Virus record (IMG/VR): IMGVR_UViG_3300036857_000619
Location: 60,824-124,823 of that record
DNA from: a virus
Reading direction: 5' to 3' (one strand)
DNA: 64,000 bases
The translations under genes were made by a program, and so were the position numbers. A model generated the notes under the pieces. The model was not told where the DNA came from. It made no database searches and was given only the letters and a program-made list of their open reading frames with translations. Each line of letters opens with the position of its first letter. The first letter of the stretch is position 1. Positions 43,947 to 52,661 of this stretch are shown here, in pieces.

Positions 43947-44912
43947 TCAGAGTCCCGCGAGGACGGCGGCGTTGTCGCGGAACAGTCGCCCCTCGCGGAC
44001 GTAGCGGTTGACCATCGCCGTCGAACGGTGCCCGGTCTGGCGCATGATGGCGCGGTCCGACGCACCGCCGTCGGCGGCTGAGGTCGCCAGCCCGGCGCGC
44101 AGCGAGTGGCCCGCGTAGCGGCTGGGGTCGAGTCCGACGAGCTCGGCGTGCTCTTTGACCAGGCGTGCGATCGAGCGGTCGCTCAGACGCTCGGAACTGA
44201 CATTGTCATGACGGTCGACGGCGCGGAAGACGGCGCCGCGGCTGATCTCGGCGGCTTCGAGCCAGCGCTGGACGCCGCGGACCGGGCAGGTCAGCTCGGT
44301 CGAGCCGAAGGGGATGCCGACGCGCCGCGTGCGGCCCTCCTGGTCTGTTTTTGAACGCCTCAAAGTAACGACCAGACCGTTTCTTTGAAAATCCAGATCG
44401 CCGCGATTGAGCGAGACCAGCTCGGTGCGGCGGAAGGCGCCGGCGAAACCCAGCAGCAGGACGGCGCGGTTGCGCAGGCCGCGCAGCGAGTCCGGAGTCG
44501 CGCTCAACATCGACTTCAAGTCGTCGGTCAGCAGCGCGGCCACCTGGCGCTGGGCGGTGCCGACGGAGCGGCGCACGCCGGCCAGCGTCTCCTTCACCTC
44601 GGGGCTCAGGCCGGGCTGCGGTGCTCTGGCGACTTTGTGCTCGCGGTTGATGGCCACCAGGCGGCGGTCGATGGTCGCCGGGCGCAGACCGTTTGCGGCC
44701 ATGTCGGTGACGTACATGGCGACGGTGATGGGCGTGGCGGGCAAGCGCTCGAGACCGCGCTCGGCGCACCAGTTGGAAAAATGGCGCCAGTCGCTGGCGT
44801 ACGCCTTGACGGTGCGCGGCGAGCGGGCCGCGCGGGCGTAGCTCTGCGCCTGTTCGGCGAGCTGGGCCAGCTCCGTGCTGACGGGGACGACGCGTTCGAG
44901 ATCGCTCGACAT
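43947..44912 (-). CDS. Cre-like tyrosine recombinase, 321 aa
   Basis: SAM-like N-domain (RSPRTVKAYASDWRHF..WC), RNRAVLLLGFAGAFRRTEL, RSKTDQ, GHSLRAG...QTGH....MV.RY catalytic set. Confidence 0.92.
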   Translation of the reverse strand: MSSDLERVVPVSTELAQLAEQAQSYARAARSPRTVKAYASDWRHFSNWCAERGLERLPATPITVAMYVTDMAANGLRPATIDRRLVAINREHKVARAPQPGLSPEVKETLAGVRRSVGTAQRQVAALLTDDLKSMLSATPDSLRGLRNRAVLLLGFAGAFRRTELVSLNRGDLDFQRNGLVVTLRRSKTDQEGRTRRVGIPFGSTELTCPVRGVQRWLEAAEISRGAVFRAVDRHDNVSSERLSDRSIARLVKEHAELVGLDPSRYAGHSLRAGLATSAADGGASDRAIMRQTGHRSTAMVNRYVREGRLFRDNAAVLAGL

Positions 44913-45046
44913 ACGGGGCTGGATTCTATGGTCCGGGAAGTGCCGATTACCGGACGCCAGCGTTGCGATTCCGTCGCGGTTGGGTTCAGACGGTGACGCG
45001 CCGGGCGCCTCCCTGCCCGGCGCGCGGCCAACCGTCGGATTGCTGA

Positions 45047-45169
45047 TCAGGGTCGCGGTTGCGGCTCAGGCTGCGATGGGTCCGGCCGCGGCTCCGGGTT
45101 CGGCTCCGGGTTCGGGTTGGGGTTCGGGTTGGGGTTCGGGTTCGGCTGGGGTGGGTTGGGCTGTGTCAT
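45047..45169 (-). CDS. Pro-Asn/Pro-Glu repeat micropeptide (40 aa)
   Basis: MTQPNPPQPNPNPNPNPNPEPNPEPRPDPSQPEPQPRP; synonymous variation among repeat codons. Confidence 0.4.
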   Translation of the reverse strand: MTQPNPPQPNPNPNPNPNPNPEPNPEPRPDPSQPEPQPRP

Positions 45170-45207
45170 GGCCGCGCTTGATGCAAAAACCGGACCGTGA
45201 GCCGGGT

Positions 45208-45450
45208 TTAAGAACTGCTCGGCCCGCGGGTGCCCTCGGGCGTGATATTCCAGTCGTAGACGTGCTCGGCCAGCGCGAGGACTCGCTTGGCGGCGTCGCC
45301 CTCGAGCTTCGTGGCCAGCTCGCGCAGTGCCGTTTCGACCCGTGGCAGCGTCGCGATCGTGTCCTGCCAGCAGCCGTCGCAGTACGTCGGGCCGTCGAGC
45401 GTGATCGACTGCTGACAGCAGTCGCAGACGAGATCCAGGTCGAGGCTCAT
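45208..45450 (-). CDS. Zinc-finger hypothetical protein (80 aa)
   Basis: CDCC...YCDGC followed by a coiled coil. Confidence 0.55.
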   Translation of the reverse strand: MSLDLDLVCDCCQQSITLDGPTYCDGCWQDTIATLPRVETALRELATKLEGDAAKRVLALAEHVYDWNITPEGTRGPSSS

Positions 45451-45693
45451 TCAGGAATTGCGTGAACCCGCTACATCCTTGCGGGATTGCACCACGTCCG
45501 CGCGGTCGAGACTGAGCTTGCCGTAGGCCACCCACTCGCGACTCACGTGGCCCGCGCGCGCCCGCCCCGGCCGACGCGTGATCTCGAACATGGTGGGATC
45601 GTCGAGCTGAGCGAGGGCGCTGGTCAGCGCAAAGATCGCCTCGTCGATCTCGGACTCGGAGCGGCCGACCAGTCGGATGCGCACGACCGTCAT
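45451..45693 (-). CDS. Hypothetical protein (80 aa)
   Basis: Abuts both neighbours; VRIRLVG...R.PGRAR...W.AYG. Confidence 0.55.
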   Translation of the reverse strand: MTVVRIRLVGRSESEIDEAIFALTSALAQLDDPTMFEITRRPGRARAGHVSREWVAYGKLSLDRADVVQSRKDVAGSRNS

Positions 45694-45697
45694 TGCG

Positions 45698-46858
45698 TCA
45701 TCGCTTGACTACGAACAGCTTTGACTGCGGCGTTTTCAGCGGCCGGTCCTCAGGCCCCTTGACGTAGGGGGCGATGTACAGCGGCTTGTGTGCATCGGTT
45801 GATGGGTAATACTGCCGTCTCCAATGGCCGCTCACGATCCAGCGGTTCTTCCAGTCCGGGCCTTCGCCAGACTCGCCCGCGTCGCCGTGTTCCCGGTAGT
45901 GGCGGCGGCGGAGCTCGACGACCTTGATGTACGGCTCCTGCACGGACCCCGCCCGCTCAAGCCGGCGGCGAGCCGTGCGATGCGCTTCGCCTCTAGGCGT
46001 GACGACCAGCTCCTGCTCGAGGAAGCTCAGACTGGCAGCGACGAACTTCAGGAACGCTCGGTGTTCGGCATCGGGGCCGCGCACCCGGATTGGCAACTCG
46101 GCCTCGTCGGTCAGTGTCCAGCCGAAATGCACCTCGGCATCGATCGTCGGAAACCCAGCTGGGCGCTTCGGTGTGTAGGTGAAACCCCACAGCGAGCACG
46201 TCCAGCCTGAGTGCGGCCGCGGGGCAGGAGCGCCGCCGATCACGGCGTTCTGTTCGTGAATCTTCTTCTTCTCTGAAGGCGGATCGACGTTCCACTGCCA
46301 GGCGGTGAGTCGAATCGGACCGTGCTTGTCGCTGGTCAGCAGCGTCACGGGATGCTCGAGCCAGACGAACGCGTCGTGGACAGGGAAGCTCTCAGCCGTG
46401 AACGTGTAGTCGGGGATGATCTTCGAGGCAGCCAGCACGACATCGGCGATCGCGCCCGTCCAGAAGAAGGGCGTCGCCCTGGTGACCTGTGTCCGAAACG
46501 CGCGTGCAACATCCCGCTCATCGCGCGGTTCGCTCAGCGCCGGGTTGGTTTTCATCGCGGCGCGGTACATCTGGTCGAACCAGTTGCCGATCAGCGGCTC
46601 GGTGCTGGCGCGCTCTAACGCCAACTGCTCTTGCAGCGCGACCGAGTACACGGCCGGGCTGACGCGCGGCATGCTGGGCACGGCTGCTTTGCGCTTCGGC
46701 TTCGGCGTTGGCGTCGACGTCGATGACGTCGTCGAGGGCAGTTGCTCGCGTTGCCCGCCGAGGAGTTTGCCGACTTTCTCTCGGAAGGCACTCCCGACCG
46801 TGACGCCGCGTGCGTACGCCTCGTCGTTGCCCTTGAGCAGGTCGCGCAGCTTCTTCAC
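45698..46858 (-). CDS. Conserved phage hypothetical protein, 386 aa
   Basis: C-terminal WIVSGHWRRQYY....HKPLYIAPYVKGPED.P motif common in phage ORFs; AGGAGG RBS. Confidence 0.7.
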   Translation of the reverse strand: MKKLRDLLKGNDEAYARGVTVGSAFREKVGKLLGGQREQLPSTTSSTSTPTPKPKRKAAVPSMPRVSPAVYSVALQEQLALERASTEPLIGNWFDQMYRAAMKTNPALSEPRDERDVARAFRTQVTRATPFFWTGAIADVVLAASKIIPDYTFTAESFPVHDAFVWLEHPVTLLTSDKHGPIRLTAWQWNVDPPSEKKKIHEQNAVIGGAPAPRPHSGWTCSLWGFTYTPKRPAGFPTIDAEVHFGWTLTDEAELPIRVRGPDAEHRAFLKFVAASLSFLEQELVVTPRGEAHRTARRRLERAGSVQEPYIKVVELRRRHYREHGDAGESGEGPDWKNRWIVSGHWRRQYYPSTDAHKPLYIAPYVKGPEDRPLKTPQSKLFVVKR

Positions 46859-46918
46859 CAGCGTTGGCCTCCTGGCTGTGGATGATGCGCCCGCGCGCGG
46901 CTGTATGGGATTGCTAGC

Positions 46919-47177
46919 TCATGCAGAAACGCGTGGCGCTATGGCGGGGCTGTCGAGTGGGCGCATGGCGGCCTGGAGGCGCCGGTCGGTGGTCATCAGC
47001 ACTGCGGGCTCGACGCCGAGAGCGGTGGCGAGTTTGAGGGTGGGTGCTCGGATGCGGCTCGGCCTGGCCGTTCTCGATGCGGAGGATGGTGGACTTGCCG
47101 ACCCCGGAGCGCTCAGCGAGTCGCGCCTGGGACCAGGCGCGGCGCAGGCGGATGCGTCGGAGATTGGTCAACTTCAC
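46919..47177 (-). pseudogene. XRE/Cro-like HTH gene disrupted by a 1-bp insertion (or sequencing error)
   Basis: LRRIRLRRAWSQARLAERSGVGKSTILRIENGQAEPHPST, then TLKLATALGVEPAVL continues in the shifted frame (ACC-C-ACC near 47041-47044). Confidence 0.7.
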
Positions 47178-47187
47178 TGGAGCACGG

Positions 47188-47298
47188 CTAGCGACGACGA
47201 CGCCGACGCACGAAATCGCTAGCGCAGTAGCCGCCCGCGATGCCGGCCAGCACGACGAACCAGTAGTAGAAGCGCGAATACCGCAGCTGGGGTCTCAC
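47188..47298 (-). CDS. TM micropeptide with poly-Arg tail (36 aa), copy 1
   Basis: GAGGGGAGG RBS; MRPQLRYSRFYYWFVVLAGIAGGYCASDFVRRRRRR. Confidence 0.65.
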   Translation of the reverse strand: MRPQLRYSRFYYWFVVLAGIAGGYCASDFVRRRRRR

Positions 47299-47305
47299 CC
47301 TCCCC

Positions 47306-47635
47306 TCATGAAACAGCTCTGAGCGCCTCGCGCATCTCTTTGAGCCGGCTCACTGGCCGCGGGTGATTGACTTTGCGCCGTCGGCCGAGGACGTCCAACT
47401 TGTAGCTCACGGAGCCTTTCGGACGACCGATCGGCTTGCGCTGGGCGTGCCAGCGCTGGATGTCGTGGCCTCGGATATTCCAGGAGCGGCCGATCTTCTC
47501 ACCCTTGAGCTCGCCATAGGCCAGCAGCTGCCGCACACGGACCGGGCGCACGCCAAGAATCCTGGCCGCGTTGTTGACGCTGTACCACTCGGTGGGGTTG
47601 ACATCGAGCTCGGCAGAGGCAGGTTTGGTGGGCAA
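47306..47635 (-). CDS. Excisionase-like HTH_17 protein, 109 aa
   Basis: WYSVNNAARILGVRPVRVRQLLAYGELKGEKIGRSWNI; CAGGAG RBS. Confidence 0.8.
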   Translation of the reverse strand: MPTKPASAELDVNPTEWYSVNNAARILGVRPVRVRQLLAYGELKGEKIGRSWNIRGHDIQRWHAQRKPIGRPKGSVSYKLDVLGRRRKVNHPRPVSRLKEMREALRAVS

Positions 47636-47660
47636 TCGACAACTCCTGGGGATGAATTAT

Positions 47661-47687
47661 TAGCGTTGCGGAACGCTATGATCATAG
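47661..47687. promoter_or_regulatory. Two overlapping palindromes in the divergent switch region
   Basis: TAGCGTT-GCGG-AACGCTA (47661-47678) and CTATGATCATAG (47676-47687) between divergent gene blocks. Confidence 0.55.
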
Positions 47688-47769
47688 TCGAGGAGGACGC
47701 CCCGGTGCAGGCCAACCGCCAGGGTTCCAGGCATCACAGACGTATATCGGCTGCAGACTGGAGTGTCGC

Positions 47770-48000
47770 ATGACGCACGCATTGATCGGCTTCTACTGGC
47801 GCGTCGTCTGCACGCTGGTGACCGCGTGCGCGGTGGCCAGCTCGATCGGTCTGCCGCTCGTCGCGTTCTGGCTGCTGGCGTCCCAGCCCGTGCTCGTCCG
47901 CGTCGGCGTGTCCGCGCTGGCGGCGCTCATCCTGTGGCCGAACGCGGTCTTTCTGCTGCTCGGCTATCGGCGCATGCTGGGCTGGGTGTCGCCGCCGTGA
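47770..48000 (+). CDS. Membrane protein (76 aa)
   Basis: Two to three hydrophobic segments. Confidence 0.55.
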   Translation: MTHALIGFYWRVVCTLVTACAVASSIGLPLVAFWLLASQPVLVRVGVSALAALILWPNAVFLLLGYRRMLGWVSPP

Positions 48001-48239
48001 GCTTCCCGCACGAGTGCGAGTTTCGCTACCGCCGCGCCGGTGGCGTGGCGCGCATCCAGACACGCAGCCTGACCAACCACGAGCTCAGAAGCATCCTCAT
48101 CGGCATGTGGCTGTCGCTCGACGAAGACGATCGGCGCGACCACGTCGCCGAGCTCAGCCACTACCTCGAGCCTGGCTCCAGACCGCCCGGCGTCGCGGTC
48201 GAGATCGCCGCGTCGATCGCTCGCGCTCGCACCGACTGA
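47997..48239 (+). CDS. Hypothetical protein (80 aa)
   Basis: GTGA overlap; SFPHECEFRY...ILIGMWLSL. Confidence 0.5.
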   Translation: MSFPHECEFRYRRAGGVARIQTRSLTNHELRSILIGMWLSLDEDDRRDHVAELSHYLEPGSRPPGVAVEIAASIARARTD

Positions 48240-48368
48240 CTGACGCGCGTCACGGCCGCGTCACGCCCCGCCGGCAAACCGTCATGTCCCCGGCATGACA
48301 GTGTCACAATTTGTCGTAACAACTTGACTTGCCCGAACATGGCATGCGTTACCCTGACATTGTCGTAC

Positions 48369-48382
48369 AGGACATTTGTTCT
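48369..48382. promoter_or_regulatory. LexA-box-like site AGGAC-ATTT-GTTCT
   Basis: One mismatch to AGAAC-N4-GTTCT, just upstream of the RBS of 48399. Confidence 0.4.
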
Positions 48383-48398
48383 CCCAGGGGAGGCGCGT

Positions 48399-49298
48399 AT
48401 GAAGTTCGAGCAGGCTGTGAATCGCATTCGCGAGCTGGATGCCAGTGAGGGCATGACGGCGTTCGAGATGGGGGACGTGGTGCTGGAGCAGGCGCCACTC
48501 GGCCGTGACGGCGCCCACAACGACACCGCCGGGGTGCTGGAGCGGCTCGCCGCCGATTCGGGCGTCGACTACAAGGTGCTGGAGCAGCGTCGGTTCGTCT
48601 CCAGCCGCATCCCTCCTACTACGCGCGTAGTAGGAGTCATCTGGTCGGTGTACCGCGAGATCGCCCAGGTCGCCGACGAGCGCGAGCGCAGCCGGCTGCT
48701 CGAGATGGTGGCCACCAAACCGCCCACGCAGTTCGTGGGCGGCGTGGAGCGCCCGACGGTGCAGAAGCGCTGGACCATCGACGCGATCCGCACCCACATC
48801 GGCGTCGAGCCGTACAACCCGCCGACCGGCAGCCAGGCGCTGCTCGACCGCGCGTTCAAAGGCGTGCCGTCTCAGGTGATCCTGCACCAGGCCTTCAGCA
48901 AGGCGACGCCCGAGGCGATCGACGAGGTGCTCGACCAGCCCGAGATCCGCCGCGCCGTGTACCAGGGCTTGCACCGCCGCGAGCAGCAGGTCACCGCGCG
49001 CGCCGAGCGCATCGCCGACGCCGATCCGATCGACCGCACCATCGACCAGCAGCGCGCGCTGCTGGACGTGCGCACCTGGGTCGACCAGATGCGCCGCCAC
49101 GTCGAGAAGCTGCGCGACGACATCCTGCCGCGGCTGGGCTCCGCGCCGACGCGCGATCCGCTGGCGCTGCGCCAGTTCCTGAAAGAGGCGCTCGACGATC
49201 TCGACGACGCCACCGGCCCGATCCGCGTGTTCGTCGACACCGGCTCCAGCGACATCGACCAGTTCCTGAGTTCTGTTCTCGGAGGCAAACGTGGCTAA
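48399..49298 (+). CDS. DUF6192/RacO-like protein (299 aa)
   Basis: GGGAGG RBS; F.MGD.VLE.AP...L.RLA...RFVSSR.P...R..GV..SV...ER..LL pattern (recalled family match). Confidence 0.5.
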   Translation: MKFEQAVNRIRELDASEGMTAFEMGDVVLEQAPLGRDGAHNDTAGVLERLAADSGVDYKVLEQRRFVSSRIPPTTRVVGVIWSVYREIAQVADERERSRLLEMVATKPPTQFVGGVERPTVQKRWTIDAIRTHIGVEPYNPPTGSQALLDRAFKGVPSQVILHQAFSKATPEAIDEVLDQPEIRRAVYQGLHRREQQVTARAERIADADPIDRTIDQQRALLDVRTWVDQMRRHVEKLRDDILPRLGSAPTRDPLALRQFLKEALDDLDDATGPIRVFVDTGSSDIDQFLSSVLGGKRG

Positions 49299-49704
49299 CA
49301 AACGCGGCCGTCCGCCCCTCAAGCCCGGCTGGGCCGAGCTCGTCTTCATGCACATCCCGACCACCAACGACAACCGCTGGATCACGGCCAACCAGCTGAT
49401 GACGCTGACCGGCCTGCGCTACATGCAGGTGACGGCCGGCGTCGAATACCTGCGCGATCACTTTCCCGAATTCCCGCTGGTGTCGTGCAAGAAGGGCTAC
49501 CGCTTCAGCGTCGACCCGCGCGAGGTGCGCGAGTTCGCCGCCTGGCGGGCGAAGACTGCGATGACGATCCTGCGCCACAGCTACCGCGGCGCGGTCGCGC
49601 CGTACTTGAAGAACATGCCGCAGAGCCCGATCGTGCCCGTCGTGCGCAAGCAGTTCGAGCGCGCGCTCGAAGACCTCGGCGAGCTCATCACCGCGACGCC
49701 GTAG
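49291..49704 (+). CDS. RacP-like winged-helix protein, 137 aa
   Basis: QL..LTGL...QV..G...LRD....PL.....GY.F..DP pattern; coupled to the upstream gene. Confidence 0.5.
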   Translation: MANKRGRPPLKPGWAELVFMHIPTTNDNRWITANQLMTLTGLRYMQVTAGVEYLRDHFPEFPLVSCKKGYRFSVDPREVREFAAWRAKTAMTILRHSYRGAVAPYLKNMPQSPIVPVVRKQFERALEDLGELITATP

Positions 49705-49715
49705 GGCCGGGCATC

Positions 49716-49925
49716 ATGGTGCTTGCCGTGGCCGAAGACACCGAGTGGCTGACGGTCGCCGATGTAGCCGCTCGCCTGAAGATCACGCCGACCACGGTCC
49801 TCAGATGGATTCGTGATCGGCGGCTTCCGGCGACGAAGCCAGGCGGTGATCGGATGGGTTACCGGATACGCGCTGACGATCTCGACCGATTCATTGCCGA
49901 GTACCGGACGTATGAGCCGGGCTGA
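49716..49925 (+). CDS. Excisionase-like HTH_17 protein (69 aa)
   Basis: WLTVADVAARLKITPTTVLRWIRDRRLPATK.GG...YRI...DLDRFI. Confidence 0.8.
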   Translation: MVLAVAEDTEWLTVADVAARLKITPTTVLRWIRDRRLPATKPGGDRMGYRIRADDLDRFIAEYRTYEPG

Positions 49926-50172
49926 GGTGTGGGACGTCGCCGAAGATGTGGCGGAGATCGTGCGCGAGCGCAAGACGCTGCGCGTACGTGTCCGGCGTCT
50001 GGAAGCCCAGCTGAAACGCGTCGAAACCGAGAACAGGCGGCTGCGGGTGATCGTCGAGGGCACCCGCCAGCAACTGCGGCGCCATCCCGCCGATCGCGGT
50101 GACGGCTCGACGTCACCGCCGCCGCGATCGAAGACCCAGTCAGGGCGCAGCCAACCCCGCCCTGACTGGTGA
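49912..50172 (+). CDS. Coiled-coil hypothetical protein (86 aa)
   Basis: LRVRVRRLEAQLKRVETENRRL heptads. Confidence 0.5.
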   Translation: MSRAEVWDVAEDVAEIVRERKTLRVRVRRLEAQLKRVETENRRLRVIVEGTRQQLRRHPADRGDGSTSPPPRSKTQSGRSQPRPDW

Positions 50173-50229
50173 TTTCCCCTGCCGGTCTCGGCATGTACGC
50201 CACGCTGGCCAGGCGGCGACGATGTCGCC

Positions 50230-50514
50230 GTGACCGACGAGCCGGCCGAGACCGCGCCCGACGTCCTGTTCGTCTATGCGCGCAAGGGCCCGAAGGTCCA
50301 TCTCGAGCAGCGCGGGCTGGGCTCAGACGAGCTGGCGCTGCTGGTGACCTCGTGGTGGCTGCAGTTGAGCGAGAGCGAACGCGGCGCGTTCCTCGAGCTG
50401 CTCGCGAGCTACCACGAAGGCCGCGCGCAGCCGCCGCCGGTGGCCCTCGGCATCGCTGCCATCGTGCACCGCGGCGGGACGTCGCCGAGCAGTCCGAACG
50501 GCCACGCCGAGTGA
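50230..50514 (+). CDS. Hypothetical protein (94 aa)
   Basis: Coupled to the next gene by GTGA. Confidence 0.5.
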   Translation: MTDEPAETAPDVLFVYARKGPKVHLEQRGLGSDELALLVTSWWLQLSESERGAFLELLASYHEGRAQPPPVALGIAAIVHRGGTSPSSPNGHAE

Positions 50515-50900
50515 AGACCCTCGATCACTGGTTCGCGCACGTCGCCACGCTCGCGGGCGCCTGGACCGGCCACCCGCTGGCGTTTGTGCTGTCGTGCGTG
50601 GCGGTGATCGTGTGGGCGGTGACGGGGCCGATCTTCGGCTTCTCGGACACGTGGCAGCTGGTCATCAACACCGGCACGACGGTGATCACCTATCTGCTGA
50701 TCTTCCTGGTCCAGAACACCCAGAACCGCAACGCCGCGGCGATGCACCTGAAGCTCGACGAGATCATCCGCGCACTGCCGCAGGCGCGCACCGAGCTCGT
50801 CATGCATCACCTGGAGACCGCCTCCGAGCAGGAGCTGGCGACCTTCAAGGCCGAGCTGGACCGCCTGGCCACCAGGAGCAAGCAGCCCCGTCAGTCCTGA
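50511..50900 (+). CDS. Low-affinity iron permease (Fet4-like) family protein (129 aa)
   Basis: WAVTGPIFGFSDTWQLVINTGTTVITYLLIFLVQNTQNR...MHLKLDEIIRA signature. Confidence 0.9.
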   Translation: MKTLDHWFAHVATLAGAWTGHPLAFVLSCVAVIVWAVTGPIFGFSDTWQLVINTGTTVITYLLIFLVQNTQNRNAAAMHLKLDEIIRALPQARTELVMHHLETASEQELATFKAELDRLATRSKQPRQS

Positions 50901-51556
50901 GTCTTTCATGCGCTCGGGCGTGGCTGCATGGCGCTGGAAATCGTGACGCAAATTGCTGCCGGCCCAGCCTTTACACCCACGCTCCGGGGTCCGGCACACT
51001 GTGCAGTGCCAACCCAGCGAGGAACTCTCAACGCCAAACAGACTCCCTGCCGATCGGTCGGCCGGGGCCTCACATTGACCCGTCGACCCGCGCATAGCCG
51101 CGCTCGTGATGCCGTCGTGACGCCGGCCATGCGCCGTTGGGCTCGCCCATCGTGAAAATTCTAGCGATGCGGCGAGCATTTGATCGGCAGGCACCATCAC
51201 GTCGAAGCAGCAGGCCAATCGCACACGCGCCGCGGGAAGAGGAGGAACCGCCTCTGCCCGACTAGGCCGGCTTGCCCGGCATGGCCGACTAGACATTCGT
51301 TCTAGTCCAGCACTACCGTCAAGTTGTCCGAGCGCCCATTGGGCAAATAAAAACGCCCCCCGGTGGCACGGGGAGCGCTCGGTGCGAAATCCACAGCGCC
51401 CCTTTGGGGAGGGCCACGCTTTGCCACTCCAAGCCAAGGAGCTTGTTCGGTGACTAGCGTAACCCGAGCCGAAATGCGGGCGCAAGAGGGAGAGTTTGTG
51501 CCCGCATCAACACTGCATCACGAGTTCGTCGCGCTCCAGGCTCCGAGGGTCCGCTG

Positions 51557-52660
51557 ATGGCCGGCCAGCCAGAGCCGCTGCACATCCAGGTCCGCGTCGA
51601 TCTGATGAAACACCGGCGCTTCGCCGAGTTGCTCGCACTGTTGGACGACGTTGACGAACTGAACCAGCTCGGCGAACTGGTGAAGAAGCACGTGGTCAAG
51701 AGTTGCCTTGAACAGCTCTGGTCATCGGCTATGGAGCGCGAAAACGAAGAGGGCGATCTCACCGGCCACTCGGCCGCGGCCATCGCGCTCGTCACGGACT
51801 GGCCGTACCGCAGCCACCGCGAGACATGGATGAACGCGCTGATCGGCAGCGGGTTTCTGGAGCAGACCGACGCTGGCCGCTTGCTGATCCACCACTGGGA
51901 TGAGTTCAGCGGCAAGTATTTCGCCAAACGTGCTGAGGCGCGCGAACGCATGGCGGCTCTGCGGGCCGAACGTTCTACGAATGTTCAGCGAACGTTCGAC
52001 GAACATTCGCCCGGGCCTGAGTCGAAGGGCGCGAACGGTGCGCGAACGTTCTTACGCGCGAAGACCGGAGAGGTTAAGAACGTAGAGAACGTAAGAACTG
52101 AAGAAGAGATACCCGGGCTCACTCAAGCGCACGCGCGCACGCGCGCACGCGAGGAGACGCCGGACTTTGAAGTCGAGGATGACGACTTCCTGGCGTCCGC
52201 CAAAGACGAGCCCCTGCCCGGGGTAGACGCCGAGGACGCTGATCTCGGCCCTTTCCCGGCTGACGATGCCGACGTGCCCGGGGTCATCGTCAAGCTGCAA
52301 CCCCTGGACGAACAGGTGCGGCGCAAGGAGTACCCGGCCACTGGCGACGAGCTGGCCCGCGCCAAGCGCTTCTGGAAGACCGAGTACGAGAAGGTCGGCG
52401 CTGAGCAGGCGTTCTACACGTCATGGACGCGGGCCATGGCGTGGCCCGAGCAACAGGACGCCAACGGGCGTAAACGCCAGCCATTGTCGGACCGGGCGCT
52501 GAACGAGTGGCTGTCGCGCGACTTCGACCGCGCCAAGGAGAGCGGCTTGCCAGACGAGGTGGCCAGGGTGGCCCGCAACGGCAGAGTGATTTCCGCGCAG
52601 GAGATGGCTCAGTTCGACGCGTTCGAGCGAGCCGAGATTCGCGTAGGACGGAGCGCCTGA
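51557..52660 (+). CDS. Replication initiator protein, 367 aa
   Basis: L...GFLEQ.....LLIHHWDE..G N-domain, internal iteron array, adjacent DnaC-like gene. Confidence 0.7.
   Translation: MAGQPEPLHIQVRVDLMKHRRFAELLALLDDVDELNQLGELVKKHVVKSCLEQLWSSAMERENEEGDLTGHSAAAIALVTDWPYRSHRETWMNALIGSGFLEQTDAGRLLIHHWDEFSGKYFAKRAEARERMAALRAERSTNVQRTFDEHSPGPESKGANGARTFLRAKTGEVKNVENVRTEEEIPGLTQAHARTRAREETPDFEVEDDDFLASAKDEPLPGVDAEDADLGPFPADDADVPGVIVKLQPLDEQVRRKEYPATGDELARAKRFWKTEYEKVGAEQAFYTSWTRAMAWPEQQDANGRKRQPLSDRALNEWLSRDFDRAKESGLPDEVARVARNGRVISAQEMAQFDAFERAEIRVGRSA
51968..52095. repeat. Iteron array / probable replication origin
   Basis: GAACGTTC-like units at 51968, 51979, 51990, 52001 (11-bp period), again at 52033 and 52044, then an A-rich GAACGTA tract. 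Confidence 0.75.
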
Positions 52661-52661
52661 C

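Noticed and set aside
51287-51307. GACTAGA-N7-TCTAGTC inverted repeat in the 650-bp gap before the initiator
   Set aside because: Plausible operator or hairpin, but single, with no U-tract or second copy; not enough to call.
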